DNA of 64,000 bases, taken from positions 12,366 through 76,365 of the forward strand of contig JAETTM010000001.1 of assembly GCA_021769135.1 (NCBI GenBank), read 5' to 3'. Below, piece by piece: positions 63,636-64,000 of this stretch; positions within the stretch are counted from its first letter, which is position 1, and the number at the start of each line of letters is the position of its first letter. The translations under genes were made by a program, and so were the position numbers. The notes beneath the pieces were generated by a model, which was given only the letters and a program-made list of their open reading frames with translations, ran no database searches and was not told the DNA's origin. This DNA comes from Lachnospiraceae bacterium. GTDB lineage: Bacteria; Bacillota; Clostridia; Lachnospirales; Lachnospiraceae.

Positions 63636-64000
63636 ATGCGCTCAGAAAACATAAATTCAGGAAATACAATCCAGGAAAACATTCCCACAGAAATCCTTTG
63701 CTATACCTCCTGCCTGCCAGAAGGCAGCACGAAACAAATATCCTTTATGGAACTTCTTCTGAATGAAAACTGGGCAAACGGCCAGATAATTTGTTCCGAA
63801 GAGGTTTATTCCCATGTGGGCAATAGAAACCAACTGATTACCGCAAAGCAAAACTACGAATTCCTGCTCCGCGCCGCCTTGCAATATCCGATAAAAGCAA
63901 TCGGCTCTCCTTCTGCCGCCTCCTACTCTTCATTCCAGTCTGTTTCCACAGATGACTCATGGAATAGCTATCTCACAGACTGTTACATAGCCGGAAAATA
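63636..64000 (+). CDS. Paralog of the 17894-19837 CgeB-like protein (N-terminal part; runs off the window)
   Basis: GGGAGG SD, then ATG at 63636. ..EILCYTSCLPEGSTKQISFMELLLNENWANG..NYEFLLRAALQYP..TDCYIAGK aligns with EIICYTGHLPEGAKQNISFMELLFDERWAEG..RYEFLLRAVQKYP..TDCYIAGK. Missing from the ORF track because the frame is open at the edge. Confidence 0.7.
   Translation, partial: MRSENINSGNTIQENIPTEILCYTSCLPEGSTKQISFMELLLNENWANGQIICSEEVYSHVGNRNQLITAKQNYEFLLRAALQYPIKAIGSPSAASYSSFQSVSTDDSWNSYLTDCYIAGK

Noticed and set aside
1-64000. tRNA, rRNA or other classic RNA genes.
   Set aside because: No cloverleaf-like or rRNA-like sequence was recognised in any intergenic gap large enough to hold one. 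This cannot be fully excluded without tRNAscan or Infernal.

Overview
This window looks like a Bacillota (Clostridia, probably Lachnospiraceae-like) chromosome. All calls come from reading the supplied translations and the DNA by eye; no searches or alignments were run.

Layout:
- 1-10.4 kb: the conserved rpmG-secE-nusG-rplK-rplA / rplJ-rplL / rpoB-rpoC region on the minus strand. A CapA-like gene sits between rplA and the rplJ leader.
- 10.8-13.9 kb: a divergent FliD-like gene behind a long structured leader, then a lone acyl-CoA carboxyltransferase.
- 14.2-48.8 kb: about 30 contiguous glycan-biosynthesis genes. They include glf, GT2, GT4, GT-D, RgpF, WbsX, a GT2-TPR enzyme, CgeB-like proteins, methyltransferases, TIM-barrel isomerases, PdxA, LicD, a TagF-like enzyme and three cytidylyltransferase domains. 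I could not see an exporter, polymerase or priming transferase among them.
- 48.8-62.5 kb: a mosaic accessory block. It holds two families of AAA-ATPase/PD-(D/E)XK genes (two intact, two decayed), two Uma2 endonucleases, a GT11 fucosyltransferase plus a decayed copy, an orphan phosphonopyruvate-decarboxylase-like gene, and a dcm-DUF262-HEPN cassette next to a HipA-like kinase.
- 62.5-64 kb: glycan genes resume.

The most unusual signal is a single ~85-aa GxGxxG Rossmann-like module fused N-terminally, C-terminally or internally to 11 different catalytic domains, plus one stand-alone copy, within 22 kb. Together with the lack of transport genes and the GT2-TPR enzyme, this suggests a modular cytoplasmic (possibly flagellin) glycosylation system. 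That reading is inference. I recognised no rRNA, tRNA, CRISPR array, transposase or integrase.
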